From: Promethearchaeum syntrophicum
GTDB taxonomy: Archaea > Asgardarchaeota > Lokiarchaeia > Sigyniarchaeales > Promethearchaeaceae
DNA length: 32,000 bases
Direction: 5' to 3'
Assembly: GCF_008000775.2 (NCBI RefSeq)
Contig: NZ_CP042905.2
Span: 1,020,001-1,052,000, forward strand
Both the position numbers and the translations under genes were made by a program. Below, in pieces: positions 1 through 9,008 of this stretch (positions are counted from its first letter, which is position 1; each line of letters starts with the position of its first letter). The notes under the pieces were generated by a model, which was not told the origin of the DNA, did no database searches, and was given only the letters and a program-made list of their open reading frames with translations.

Positions 1-548
1 TCTATTAAAGAATTCACAACGTGTTTTGCTTCTTCTATATTTGTAATTTCTATGCAAACTAATTCTCCGTGACTTCCCTTAAGGGCAATAGCTTTTCCAG
101 CGGTGAAAATTCGAGCCCCTATTTCTTTTCCTGAATTAATTTTATCCCGGAGTTCAAAAATTCTTAAATCAGCTTCTCCCAAAGACCGGACTGTTGTAGT
201 TCCGCTTAACAAGGCAGTCATAGCACTCTTTTTCATCGTATCATACATAATTTTTTTGAAAAATCTACGTTTTTGGATAAATTTCACTAATGTTTCATAT
301 TTTGCGATTTTTGGTAATGGATTTCCACTCCCGCTCAAATGGCAGTGATTATTGATTAATCCAGGCAAAATCCATTGATTTTTAAAATCAATTTCAATAG
401 AATTTATCGGGTTTTGGATATCTGTTCCAATTTTTTGAATTTTTTTGTCTGAAACAATCATTTTCATATTCAAAAGTGTTGTTTCTGAAACAGGATCGAT
501 ATAGTTAAAGTTATGAAAGAAACTAATTTTAACGGGTTGGTTTGACAC
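1..548 (-). CDS. Amidohydrolase-superfamily protein, N-terminal part (truncated by window edge), GTG start at 548
   Basis: Reverse-strand translation from GTG at 548 gives MSNQPVKISFFHNFNYIDPVSETTLLNMKMIVSDKKIQKIGTDI...FKNQWILPGLINNHCHLSGSG...TALLSGTTTVRSLGEADL, with the amidohydrolase metal-binding HxH context (PGLINNHCHL) and the SGTTTVR motif. Open to the window edge. Missed by the ORF track because of the non-ATG start and truncation. Confidence 0.85.
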   Translation of the reverse strand, partial: MSNQPVKISFFHNFNYIDPVSETTLLNMKMIVSDKKIQKIGTDIQNPINSIEIDFKNQWILPGLINNHCHLSGSGNPLPKIAKYETLVKFIQKRRFFKKIMYDTMKKSAMTALLSGTTTVRSLGEADLRIFELRDKINSGKEIGARIFTAGKAIALKGSHGELVCIEITNIEEAKHVVNSLI

Positions 549-637
549 AAATATTCTTTATTTTATAAAACTAAATAATTTTTTAATTCATCTTTTGCTT
601 TCAAATCGTGGTTTCATTATTAATAGGTGAAATTTAG

Positions 638-1972
638 ATGGCAGGTAAATCTTCAATTAGTAAAAGAATTGCTATTTTAGGTCTTTCTAATATATTATGG
701 GGTCTCATCCCTTGGCCTGCTTCAAATTTATTTAAGGATTACTCGTCTTTGCTTATTATTTTTACAAGATTCATGTTTATGAGTTTTTTTCTTCTCCTAA
801 TTGTAGGTATATTACTAATAATTGATCGAATAAAAGTGAAAGATAAAAATAAGAGTATAAATCTGAGAAAACTCATCCAATACTTAAAATCAAGAAATTA
901 CGAGTTTTTTAAATTTCCACAATGGGCTTATTTATTAATAGTTGGTATTTTTGGTTTAAATTCAATGACTATTCTATTTTTCCTGGCATTAAAAACAATA
1001 GGGGTTATTACCACTTCTATTGGTGTTCTTACATCTTTAGTGATTGTTACTGCCATTAATTGGGGTCGTGGAAAGGAAGAAATGACAAAATTCAAAGTGC
1101 TCTACCTAACCACTCTTATTGGGGCTACTTTCATTCTTGGTTATATAAGTCAAGTATATTCCATAAGTGAATCTTCTGTATCCTTTGGATCCATCGTTTT
1201 AGTACTAATTTATGGAATTGCTCTTTCCTTTTTTGTTATTACTGGTTCAACTGATAAAATGAGTTTAAATGAATTCAAAATAGTCAAAGAAAACCCACGA
1301 TATCAACTTATAAGGACATTTTTTAAATTGGGTATGTTAGGTTTCTTTTCTGCATTAGTATATATTCCATCTCTTTTTCTTATGAGTAAATTTCATTTCA
1401 ATGAACAGATTGATTCTGAGATTACCCTTTTCTTTACTCATTTAAGCGATTGGTGGAAAATAGCTTTAAATTTTGATGGTATTATATTGATTATTGTTTG
1501 CACACTTATTCCATACGTGATCTACTATATAATGGCTGCTAATTGGCCAAAACACACTTCTTTTAATTTATGGGTAGGAGTAATGCAACTTATTGAACCT
1601 TTAATTAACATAATTATTGGAATTACTCTTCTAAATGAAGTATTCCCACTTTCTTGGTTACTAATAATTATATTTCTTTTTGGAATTGCAATTTTCACCC
1701 GTTATTTAAGTGAAACTGAAACCCAGATATTTGCAATATTTTTACTTAAAATTAAACCTCAATTCCAGCTAGCGGCAATGCAAAAAGCTTTTACTATTAA
1801 ACCTGTGAAAGAAGTATCTCACATGATTGGAGATTATGATATTTTTTTGGATACCCAGCTACATTCTTCCCAAGCATTGAATAAGTTCATTCAGCAAGAT
1901 ATTTTAACACTCCCCGGGTTAATTCGGTATGATTTTTTAATTATTACAAATAATATTCTTGAAAAAGATTAA
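638..1972 (+). CDS. DMT/EamA-like multi-TM transporter with C-terminal Lrp/AsnC-type ligand-binding (RAM) domain
   Basis: Around ten hydrophobic segments beginning SNILWGLIPWPASNLFKDYSSLLIIFTRF. The C-terminal ~70 aa (IFAIFLLKIKPQFQLAAMQKAFTIKPVKEVSHMIGDYDIFLDTQLHSSQALNKFIQQDILTLPGLIRYDFLII) follow the RAM pattern (beta strand, helix, V-K-E-V, G-D/E-Y-D, helix, I-PG-I/L). Confidence 0.75.
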   Translation: MAGKSSISKRIAILGLSNILWGLIPWPASNLFKDYSSLLIIFTRFMFMSFFLLLIVGILLIIDRIKVKDKNKSINLRKLIQYLKSRNYEFFKFPQWAYLLIVGIFGLNSMTILFFLALKTIGVITTSIGVLTSLVIVTAINWGRGKEEMTKFKVLYLTTLIGATFILGYISQVYSISESSVSFGSIVLVLIYGIALSFFVITGSTDKMSLNEFKIVKENPRYQLIRTFFKLGMLGFFSALVYIPSLFLMSKFHFNEQIDSEITLFFTHLSDWWKIALNFDGIILIIVCTLIPYVIYYIMAANWPKHTSFNLWVGVMQLIEPLINIIIGITLLNEVFPLSWLLIIIFLFGIAIFTRYLSETETQIFAIFLLKIKPQFQLAAMQKAFTIKPVKEVSHMIGDYDIFLDTQLHSSQALNKFIQQDILTLPGLIRYDFLIITNNILEKD

Positions 1973-2005
1973 AGAAAATTAGAAAAAAAATTGGCGAACA
2001 CGAAA

Positions 2006-2254
2006 ATGACAGTAAAAATTGCAAGTTTTATTAAAACTGAATTTGGAAAATCAGAGTTTTTTGGAGAAGAGCTCCAAAAAATTCCAGATATAACAAAAAT
2101 TCTTTCGATATCGGGAGAATATGAATTTCTAATTGAAATTAGAGTAGAAAAATCTGAGGAGTTAATAGATATCATTGAATATATTGAAAAAATTCCCGGT
2201 ATTAAGGAAGTTCATTCCCATTACGTTTTATCAGAATGGGAAAAGAAATTTTAA
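2006..2254 (+). CDS. Stand-alone Lrp/AsnC-type RAM domain protein (ORF opens at TTG 1991; first ATG 2006)
   Basis: MTVKIASFIKTEFGKSEFFGEELQKIPDITKILSISGEYEFLIEIRVEKSEELIDIIEYIEKIPGIKEVHSHYVLSEW matches the AsnC ligand-binding pattern. No HTH is present. Confidence 0.8.
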   Translation: MTVKIASFIKTEFGKSEFFGEELQKIPDITKILSISGEYEFLIEIRVEKSEELIDIIEYIEKIPGIKEVHSHYVLSEWEKKF

Positions 2255-2280
2255 TAGGATTTTAAGAGTTGTTAATTACA

Positions 2281-2526
2281 ATGGTTCAAATAATGTCTTT
2301 TATGAAGGTAGAATTAGGAAAAGCTTTACAAGTTGTTGAAGAATTGAAAAAAATTCCACAAGTTAAAGAAATGTCATATATAACTGGTGAATATGATTTA
2401 GCTATGCGAATTCAAGGAGAATCAAGTGAAGAGCTTCATCAGCTATTTATTAAACAAATTGATAAAATTGAAGCAGTTCTTGAGATAAATAGCCATTTAT
2501 TAGTAAAACACTGGACATCTAAATAA
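2281..2526 (+). CDS. Second stand-alone Lrp/AsnC-type RAM domain protein (ORF opens at TTG 2269; ATG 2281)
   Basis: MVQIMSFMKVELGKALQVVEELKKIPQVKEMSYITGEYDLAMRIQGESSEELHQLFIKQIDKIEAVLEINSHLLVKHW; same pattern and no HTH. Confidence 0.8.
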   Translation: MVQIMSFMKVELGKALQVVEELKKIPQVKEMSYITGEYDLAMRIQGESSEELHQLFIKQIDKIEAVLEINSHLLVKHWTSK

Positions 2527-2779
2527 TTGTATATTTACTTTGTTTATCAATTACTTTAATTCTATAAAGAAATTAAGCTAAAGTCTCTGCGAAATGGAAA
2601 TTTTTTTTTTTCATAAACTGCCACCATGAAATTTTTATTATGGTATTTTTTTTACAAAGCTTTATATTAAAGAAAAATAAAATACCACATCACTAGTGTC
2701 TTTAATAAAAAAATCAATTTTTATTGATGCAATAGTATAAAAAAAAAGTGATTTTAGGATCATTTCTTATAGGTTTACA

Positions 2780-4453
2780 GTGAAAATTATGAAGAAAAAA
2801 GCGATACCCATTATATTTGTTGTAATAGGGGGTTTATTTGCTGTTTCGTTTACAACAACAGCTATTTCTGTTGGAGAAGATAATTCTACATCTCCACAAG
2901 CATTTAGTCTTGCTGCTCAAACCACAGATATTCTAACCGGATCGGTAGCCCGACGCGAAGTTGATTATTTCTTAATTGAAAATGTTGAACCAGGTTTAAT
3001 GTCTTTGTCAGTAACATGGGGAAACAGCTATGATATTGATTGCTATATATGTACTACTGCATCATATTATGACTATCTAGCGAGGGGATATACGACTAAT
3101 AATCCCGAAACGTGTTCTTATACAATTACAACCCCCGGATCATATTACATTGCAATTCACATGTATAGTTTTTGGGCTTCAAGTACTGCTTATACTGCGA
3201 CTGTTACATATTATACTGGCAGTGTTCCAGAAGAAGATACGACACCTCCAACTGTCTCTATAACAAATCCTACAAGTGGGGAAACAGTTCAGAATTCTAT
3301 TAGTATTTCAGCTTCCGCTTCTGATACAGAATCGGGTATTGATTATTTAGAATGTGAAATTGCTGGAAATAATTTACCTATTGATTCTTCCAGCCCTTAT
3401 TCTTGGACCTTTGATACAACTACCCTGGCTGATGGTGCTTACACGATTAATGTAAAAGCACATGACGTTGCAGGTAATTTTGCTACAGATTCTGTCACAG
3501 TTAATGTACTTAATACTCAAACTTCAAATGAAATTTTTAGTGGGATACCCGTATCTGGCAATTTAGGTGCACAATATGACACTTTTATGTATTATATTAA
3601 TGTAGGTGATGGCGCGACTTCAATGGAAACAATATTAACTTGCGGATCTGCTGATTTCGATGTATATGGTAGATTAGGTGCAGAACCGACCACATCTACC
3701 TATGATTGGCGTGGATATACTTATGGAGGTGAGGAAGTTACTTTTGCAAATCCGGGAGTAGGAACATGGTATATTATGGTTAGATCATATTCTGGAACCG
3801 GTGATTATCAATTAACAGTGACTATTGAGGAACCTGAACCAAATAACCCTGCAGCTGAAAATATTGCAGTGTTCTTCTGGGCTAGTGATGCTGGAGCTCA
3901 ATGGGTAATTGATGAATATTGGGGAATTCTCCAAGGTGAAGGATATTCAAAAATCTATAATTTCAGAGATACTTCTAACTTTGCCAGTGATTTTGCTTTA
4001 GTGGATACGTATGTCGGACCTGAAGATACCGTTTTCTTCTATCTATTTGGCCATGGAAATAATAACGGAGTAGATTCCTACACTGCTTTTGCCCCTAGTA
4101 GTAGTATAGTTTATTCTAGTGCTTTTCGTAATATGATGGATGGATTGGATACTACAAGGAAAGCGTTTTTAATTGAGTCTTGTCACTCGGGAGGATTTCC
4201 TGAAGATTTTGAAGCTTCTCCTTATCTTGCAATGTCAACCTCAGATCAAGATCATAACTCTTATGCCGTTGGGGCTCTTCCAAATGAAGGAGTTTTCTCC
4301 GATGCATTCTTTGATCATGTAGATGCAGGATATAATGCAGTAGAATCATTTTATTACGCTCGTCAAGTTGTATTTGATGGAGCTGGAGGTGTAGATACCT
4401 ATATGCAATATCCCTTGATTTCCGATTATTCCGATTATATATGGTTTGATTAA
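2780..4453 (+). CDS. Secreted multidomain protein: PPC-like domain, Ig-like domain, PPC-like domain, C-terminal caspase-like (clan CD) peptidase domain
   Basis: N-terminal signal-like segment KKAIPIIFVVIGGLFAVSFTTTAISV. YFLIENVEPGLMSLSVTW...DIDCYICT and FMYYINVGDG...ADFDVYGRLG are PPC-like. DTTPPTVSITNPTSGETV...DVAGNFATDSVTVNV is Ig-like. VFFYLFGHGNNNG and AFLIESCHSGGF resemble the caspase/metacaspase His-Gly and SCHSG catalytic motifs (His codon 4052-4054, Cys codon 4181-4183). Confidence 0.8.
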   Translation: MKIMKKKAIPIIFVVIGGLFAVSFTTTAISVGEDNSTSPQAFSLAAQTTDILTGSVARREVDYFLIENVEPGLMSLSVTWGNSYDIDCYICTTASYYDYLARGYTTNNPETCSYTITTPGSYYIAIHMYSFWASSTAYTATVTYYTGSVPEEDTTPPTVSITNPTSGETVQNSISISASASDTESGIDYLECEIAGNNLPIDSSSPYSWTFDTTTLADGAYTINVKAHDVAGNFATDSVTVNVLNTQTSNEIFSGIPVSGNLGAQYDTFMYYINVGDGATSMETILTCGSADFDVYGRLGAEPTTSTYDWRGYTYGGEEVTFANPGVGTWYIMVRSYSGTGDYQLTVTIEEPEPNNPAAENIAVFFWASDAGAQWVIDEYWGILQGEGYSKIYNFRDTSNFASDFALVDTYVGPEDTVFFYLFGHGNNNGVDSYTAFAPSSSIVYSSAFRNMMDGLDTTRKAFLIESCHSGGFPEDFEASPYLAMSTSDQDHNSYAVGALPNEGVFSDAFFDHVDAGYNAVESFYYARQVVFDGAGGVDTYMQYPLISDYSDYIWFD

Positions 4454-4877
4454 GCTGGTTTAATTAGAAATTTCGAAATTTTTTTTTTTCTCCAAAAATG
4501 TGTGAACATTTATAGAATAATCAAAGAAAAATAAAATATGGAGAAGAAAATTGAGTCGGTTGAAAAAAAGGAATTTTTTTAAAACTTTTTACGAAGCAAG
4601 CAAAAGTTAGTTTAGGAACTATATTTGAAAAATTCAGCAAGAAGAATTCATCAAAGGGAATAGTATTAAATGTGAATTCTGTGATAAAGTGATACCTTCT
4701 AACTAATTCCTTTTTTTTCTACTTTTCTTAGTTTTTGCTTTAAGTCTCTTTAGGTTTTCCCAATACAGTATTATAGGCAGATATACATTAAATGATTATT
4801 TTTGAACCAATTATTATTTCGGATAAATCAAGAAATTTCGGAATAAGTATAAATATTCGGATTTCCTTAGTTTCACT

Positions 4878-5138
4878 ATGCTTAACATGGATGAAGCAAT
4901 TGTTGGTAAGAAGGGAGAAATTATTCCAAAAAAAAAAATTCGAAATATTGTGGGAATTTCTCCTGGTGATCGGGTGTTAGTGTGCGCGAGTTCTAATCAA
5001 CTTATCATTAAAAAAATACTTTCTATAGATGAAATTTTTGAACTACCAATTATATCAGCAGGAACACCTTCAGAAATAGAATCTGAATTGGAAGAAGAAG
5101 GAAACATTCAAAAAGAGAGATCAACAAATGACCAATAG
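4878..5138 (+). CDS. AbrB/MazE-like swapped-hairpin protein, putative antitoxin (start could be ATG 4887)
   Basis: AIVGKKGEIIPKKKIRNIVGISPGDRVLVCASSNQLIIKKI is a typical AbrB/SpoVT domain. The 3' end overlaps the start of the PIN gene by 11 bp. Confidence 0.75.
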   Translation: MLNMDEAIVGKKGEIIPKKKIRNIVGISPGDRVLVCASSNQLIIKKILSIDEIFELPIISAGTPSEIESELEEEGNIQKERSTNDQ

Positions 5139-5610
5139 TTTACTTCTTGATACTACATATGTACTACCGTTATTTGGAATTGAAATAAATATGGATAATT
5201 CCTTCAGAGAAGAGATTAAGCAGTTATGGAAAATTGGTGTTAAAAATTATAAAATCTATCTATCTTCGGCCTCTATTATTGAATCTGTTTATAAATTAAA
5301 TCGTGAATATCGAAATTCAAAGAATCCTGAAATTTTGGATCGATATCATACAGTTCTTCCAACAATTATTAGATCAAAAATTGTAAAAATTATTGATCCG
5401 TTTTTAAATCCAGTTATTGCAGAATCTAGTATGAAAATTCGGAATTATGGACATAAAGATTTAATGGATTGCTGGATTGCAGCTAGTGCAATTAGCATAA
5501 ATGCATTACTCCTTACTGAAGATAAGGAATTGAAGAACTTATTAAGAAAATTTTCGGAATTTAAATTCAAAAAAATATTAGATTGGAAAATGCTTCGTCG
5601 AGAATTTTAG
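5128..5610 (+). CDS. PIN-domain protein, VapC-like putative toxin
   Basis: N-terminal LLLDTTYVLPLFG, internal SIIESVYKL, and C-terminal HKDLMDCWIAASAISINALLLTEDKELKNL contain the PIN acidic residues. It overlaps the upstream AbrB-like gene. Confidence 0.75.
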   Translation: MTNSLLLDTTYVLPLFGIEINMDNSFREEIKQLWKIGVKNYKIYLSSASIIESVYKLNREYRNSKNPEILDRYHTVLPTIIRSKIVKIIDPFLNPVIAESSMKIRNYGHKDLMDCWIAASAISINALLLTEDKELKNLLRKFSEFKFKKILDWKMLRREF

Positions 5611-5634
5611 ATTTAAAAAAGAAAATTGAAACGA

Positions 5635-7419
5635 TTATTCCTTCCAATCATCTGTAACCCAAGCGGTTATATCAATTTCTTCAAAGAGTGAATCATTTCC
5701 TTCTAGTAGCCCTAAAAATTCCCACTCCTTCTCATCGATCTCAGGTTTTTCACCCGTTGCATATCGTTCAATCATGTTCTCTAATCGTTTGCAATGAGTG
5801 TAATGGGCATCTAATCGCTGTTCTGCATAATCCCGAGCACTCCATGTGGAAATCAGAAATTGCCAATCACTAGCTTGTAATAACAAATTTTCACGACATA
5901 ATTGCTTTAGCATTCGCTGTAAACCAGGATCTTCTTTTTGATGATATTTCGTCACTAATTCTTCAACAAAATCTTCAACTTCGTAAATTTTCTCCCAAGA
6001 CCATGTATTTTCTTTATTTAGCCAAATATAATGGCTCGATCCTTCACCCCAGCTACCCTCCGTTATGGAAACTTGTTTATCTGGCATGCCATTTTTATCG
6101 AGATAGTCATGACAGTGAGTCATTTCTACTTCAGAGTCTGTAGCGAAAAATCTAATAAGTCGATTTATAAACCAAACACCTTCAAACCACCAGTGTCCAA
6201 ATAATTCTGCATCATATGGGGCTATTAGAAAGCCAGGTTTTCCCGATTTATCCTTATATTCTTTTAACACACCCTTAACCGCTTCTTTAAAATGGCCCGC
6301 ATTTTGATCGAGAAGATCATTGATGTCGGGCATGTAATATTGCATTTTAGCGCCCATATCAGCTTTCGGGGAAGTAATTTTCCAATATCGTAATCCACTT
6401 CCACCACCCATAGAATCCTTATAATGTTTTTTATGAAAATCTAAATAAGCTCCACCAGTTGCAGGATAACCATGTTCTCCGCTCCAAACTAAAAGACCCG
6501 TATTCTCATCACGGGTAAAAATCGAAACTGGGTTTTTGGCATCATGATTGGGTAATAAATATGATTCTAATGGTGATCGGGGGAAATCACTATCGACATG
6601 TTTGTATTCTTTCACCATTTGTTCGTGTAATGATTGAAGTAGTGGAAATCGTGCTGCATATACTCCTTGACTTGTTCCCCCCATTAAAAGGGCTGTATCA
6701 ATGAAGAAATATTTCAAATTATTTTTTGATAAAAATTTTTCAACACCAGGCCTATAATGTGGCTTATCTTCACCAATTGGTTTTTTCCAGTTATATCCGG
6801 GGCGGTAAGCGCATTCAGCAAGCCAAGTTCCATGTGGTGCTTGTTGAAAATGCTTTTTGTAATTGTTCACTGCTGTTTTAAACTGTCCATTGATTGAAGA
6901 TTCCCGAGAGAGAAGAGGGGCATATCCATGAGTAGCGGCACACGTTGTAATATCTAAATATCCGCCTTTAAGCAATTTACGAAATTCTCCCATAATATCT
7001 TGATTAATTTCTTCAAAATATTCAACCGTTCGAGAGTAAAATTCATCCCAGAATTTTGCCATTCTGATGTAATTAGCTCGTTCAGTATCTCCCAAGTCTT
7101 TACGATTTTCAAATTCTTCTAAATCTGATAACGCACCTGCAGCTTTTGCTTTACAATAACCAATAAAACCGGATTTGAATACATCAGCGGCAAGCATTTC
7201 GCAAAGAACAGGTGTGATATCAATTGTAATTTTTGGAGTGAATCCTTCATCAATGAGTTTGTTTAACTCCATAAGTAATGGAATATACGTTTCAGCAGCA
7301 GCTTCATGAACCCAATTTGTACCGTGAGGCCAAACACCATAATTTAACACCCAAGGGAGATGAGCATGGAGAACTAAGCTGAAAGAACCCACGAAATTTT
7401 TATTTTCCATAGTTTTCAT
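5635..7419 (-). CDS. GH57 family glycoside hydrolase, probable 1,4-alpha-glucan branching enzyme-like
   Basis: SLVLHAHLPWVLNYG, WLAECAYRPGYNW (nucleophile Glu region), LIAPYDAELFGHWWFEG (acid/base region), and SSHYIWLNKENTWSW. Confidence 0.88.
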   Translation of the reverse strand: MKTMENKNFVGSFSLVLHAHLPWVLNYGVWPHGTNWVHEAAAETYIPLLMELNKLIDEGFTPKITIDITPVLCEMLAADVFKSGFIGYCKAKAAGALSDLEEFENRKDLGDTERANYIRMAKFWDEFYSRTVEYFEEINQDIMGEFRKLLKGGYLDITTCAATHGYAPLLSRESSINGQFKTAVNNYKKHFQQAPHGTWLAECAYRPGYNWKKPIGEDKPHYRPGVEKFLSKNNLKYFFIDTALLMGGTSQGVYAARFPLLQSLHEQMVKEYKHVDSDFPRSPLESYLLPNHDAKNPVSIFTRDENTGLLVWSGEHGYPATGGAYLDFHKKHYKDSMGGGSGLRYWKITSPKADMGAKMQYYMPDINDLLDQNAGHFKEAVKGVLKEYKDKSGKPGFLIAPYDAELFGHWWFEGVWFINRLIRFFATDSEVEMTHCHDYLDKNGMPDKQVSITEGSWGEGSSHYIWLNKENTWSWEKIYEVEDFVEELVTKYHQKEDPGLQRMLKQLCRENLLLQASDWQFLISTWSARDYAEQRLDAHYTHCKRLENMIERYATGEKPEIDEKEWEFLGLLEGNDSLFEEIDITAWVTDDWKE

Positions 7420-7543
7420 ATAAGTTTTGTTCTGTTAAAAATTTTCGAAAGTGGAATCTTATTACCAAAAGCATTTAACCATTGCCTAACCAAATAATAC
7501 ATACAGTTTTCAAGTAAAAAGGTTTAATTAATTTTGGATTAAG

Positions 7544-8965
7544 GTGTTTGATATGGATATAATAACCGATTTATCAACAATCATAAAACGAGGAAGAATC
7601 CAAGGGATTGGAAATAAAGAAATAACTCCCGAAATAGTATCTAAGATCGGGGGATCAGTTGGTTCATTTTTAGGTGCAAAAGGAATTATGGTTGTTGCAA
7701 GAGAATTCAATAATAATAATAGAATGTTAAAGAGAGGATTTATTTCAGGATTAATGAGTACGGGTGTGAATATTCTAAATTTGCATTCTGCTCCTGTGCC
7801 TGTTTTACAATTTTGCATTCGTAGGTTTGGTGCAGAATCGGGGGTTTATTTTGGAAATGGATCTGCATCAGATGGAATTGTTCAAATAAGATTTTTTGAT
7901 TCCAGTGGGATTGAATATGATAAAAGTAATCTAGAGTCTGTAAACGAATATTTTAAGAATAATAAAATAGAAAGAGCAAATCCTTGGAATGTTGGAGCAA
8001 TTTCTGATATCCCCCATACTCAAGATATTTATAAAAAAGCTATCCCCCAATTCATAAATCGAAAATTATTAAATTCAAAGAATTTAGTCGTTGTAGTGGA
8101 TTGCTCCTATGGGCCTTCAAGTATTGTAGTTCCATCCATTCTTACCGAATTAAAAAACGATTGTATCGCTATAAATGCTTACGAAAATGATCAAAAAGCG
8201 AATGAAATGTATCCAAATCTTCGTTCAATAAAGGACGTTGTAAATATTGTGAAAGCTTCTCATGCACATTTGGGCATCGTTCTGGATTCCGACGGTTCAC
8301 GTGCATTATATATAGATGAAACTGGATATATCTTGACTTATGAAGAACTAATGATGTTATTTTTAAAATATGATAAAGAATTATCCACAGCAGCAAATGG
8401 ATCATCAATAATTATTTCCAAATCTTCATCAAAAGTGTTAGAACAATTTGCAATTGATTTAAACGATCTAAAAATCCTAAAATCAAAGAATTTTCCTGGA
8501 GAAATTTCTAGGAGTCTTCGTGAAGAACGCGCAATTTTGGGTGGTTCTGACACCTACAAATTCTATTTTCCAAAGTATGGGCCATTCTCTGATGCTACAT
8601 TCACTACTTTAAAAATATTGGAAATTTTAGCTTCTCAGGATTTGCCTTTATCCGTCTTAATTCGTTCTTTTCCTAGGTCCGTCCATTCATATAAAACAAT
8701 TCCAATATCTAAAGAGAATATACTACATTTCGTCTCAAAATTAAAAGATTATATTGGAAAGAAGGATATTGGATTGGAAAAAAATATTGATTTTCAAGAT
8801 CTTCTTATTGGAATTAAAATAATTGTGAAAGATCTTGGTTGGGTGGTAATTTCACCATCAGTTCACGTGAATAATATAGAACTTACTGCAGAAGGTCTTG
8901 ACCCTCATAAATCTGAAGAATTGATCTCTCTTGCTACAGAGTGTGTTGAAAAATGTCAAAAATAG
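7544..8965 (+). CDS. Phosphohexomutase (PGM/PMM) superfamily protein with degenerate active-site motifs
   Basis: Overall PGM/PMM layout: domain I SVGSFLGAKGIMVVAREF...NILNLHSAPVPVLQF, domain II NLVVVVDCSYGPSSIVVPSIL...HLGIVLDSDGSRALYIDETG, domain III AILGGSDTYKFYFPKYGPFSDATFTTLKILEILA. The canonical TASHNP, DGDGDR and GEESGH motifs are altered. Confidence 0.75.
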   Translation: MFDMDIITDLSTIIKRGRIQGIGNKEITPEIVSKIGGSVGSFLGAKGIMVVAREFNNNNRMLKRGFISGLMSTGVNILNLHSAPVPVLQFCIRRFGAESGVYFGNGSASDGIVQIRFFDSSGIEYDKSNLESVNEYFKNNKIERANPWNVGAISDIPHTQDIYKKAIPQFINRKLLNSKNLVVVVDCSYGPSSIVVPSILTELKNDCIAINAYENDQKANEMYPNLRSIKDVVNIVKASHAHLGIVLDSDGSRALYIDETGYILTYEELMMLFLKYDKELSTAANGSSIIISKSSSKVLEQFAIDLNDLKILKSKNFPGEISRSLREERAILGGSDTYKFYFPKYGPFSDATFTTLKILEILASQDLPLSVLIRSFPRSVHSYKTIPISKENILHFVSKLKDYIGKKDIGLEKNIDFQDLLIGIKIIVKDLGWVVISPSVHVNNIELTAEGLDPHKSEELISLATECVEKCQK

Positions 8966-9008
8966 GTTTTTTTTTTGGAATATCAAAATAGAGATGGAGA
9001 AATAAGAA

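Noticed and set aside
103-348. 81-aa + strand ORF
   Set aside because: Antisense to the amidohydrolase reading frame on the minus strand, which has clear family motifs.
2600-2625. Long T runs here and near 4480, 8970 and 26957
   Set aside because: May act as archaeal transcription terminators after the upstream genes, but homopolymers are common in this AT-rich sequence and cannot be assigned without transcript data.
4152-4349. 65-aa minus-strand ORF inside the caspase-like gene
   Set aside because: Antisense shadow ORF within a motif-supported CDS.
4792-4980. 62-aa + strand ORF overlapping the AbrB-like gene
   Set aside because: Different frame from the AbrB-like protein, which has a recognisable domain; no motif of its own.
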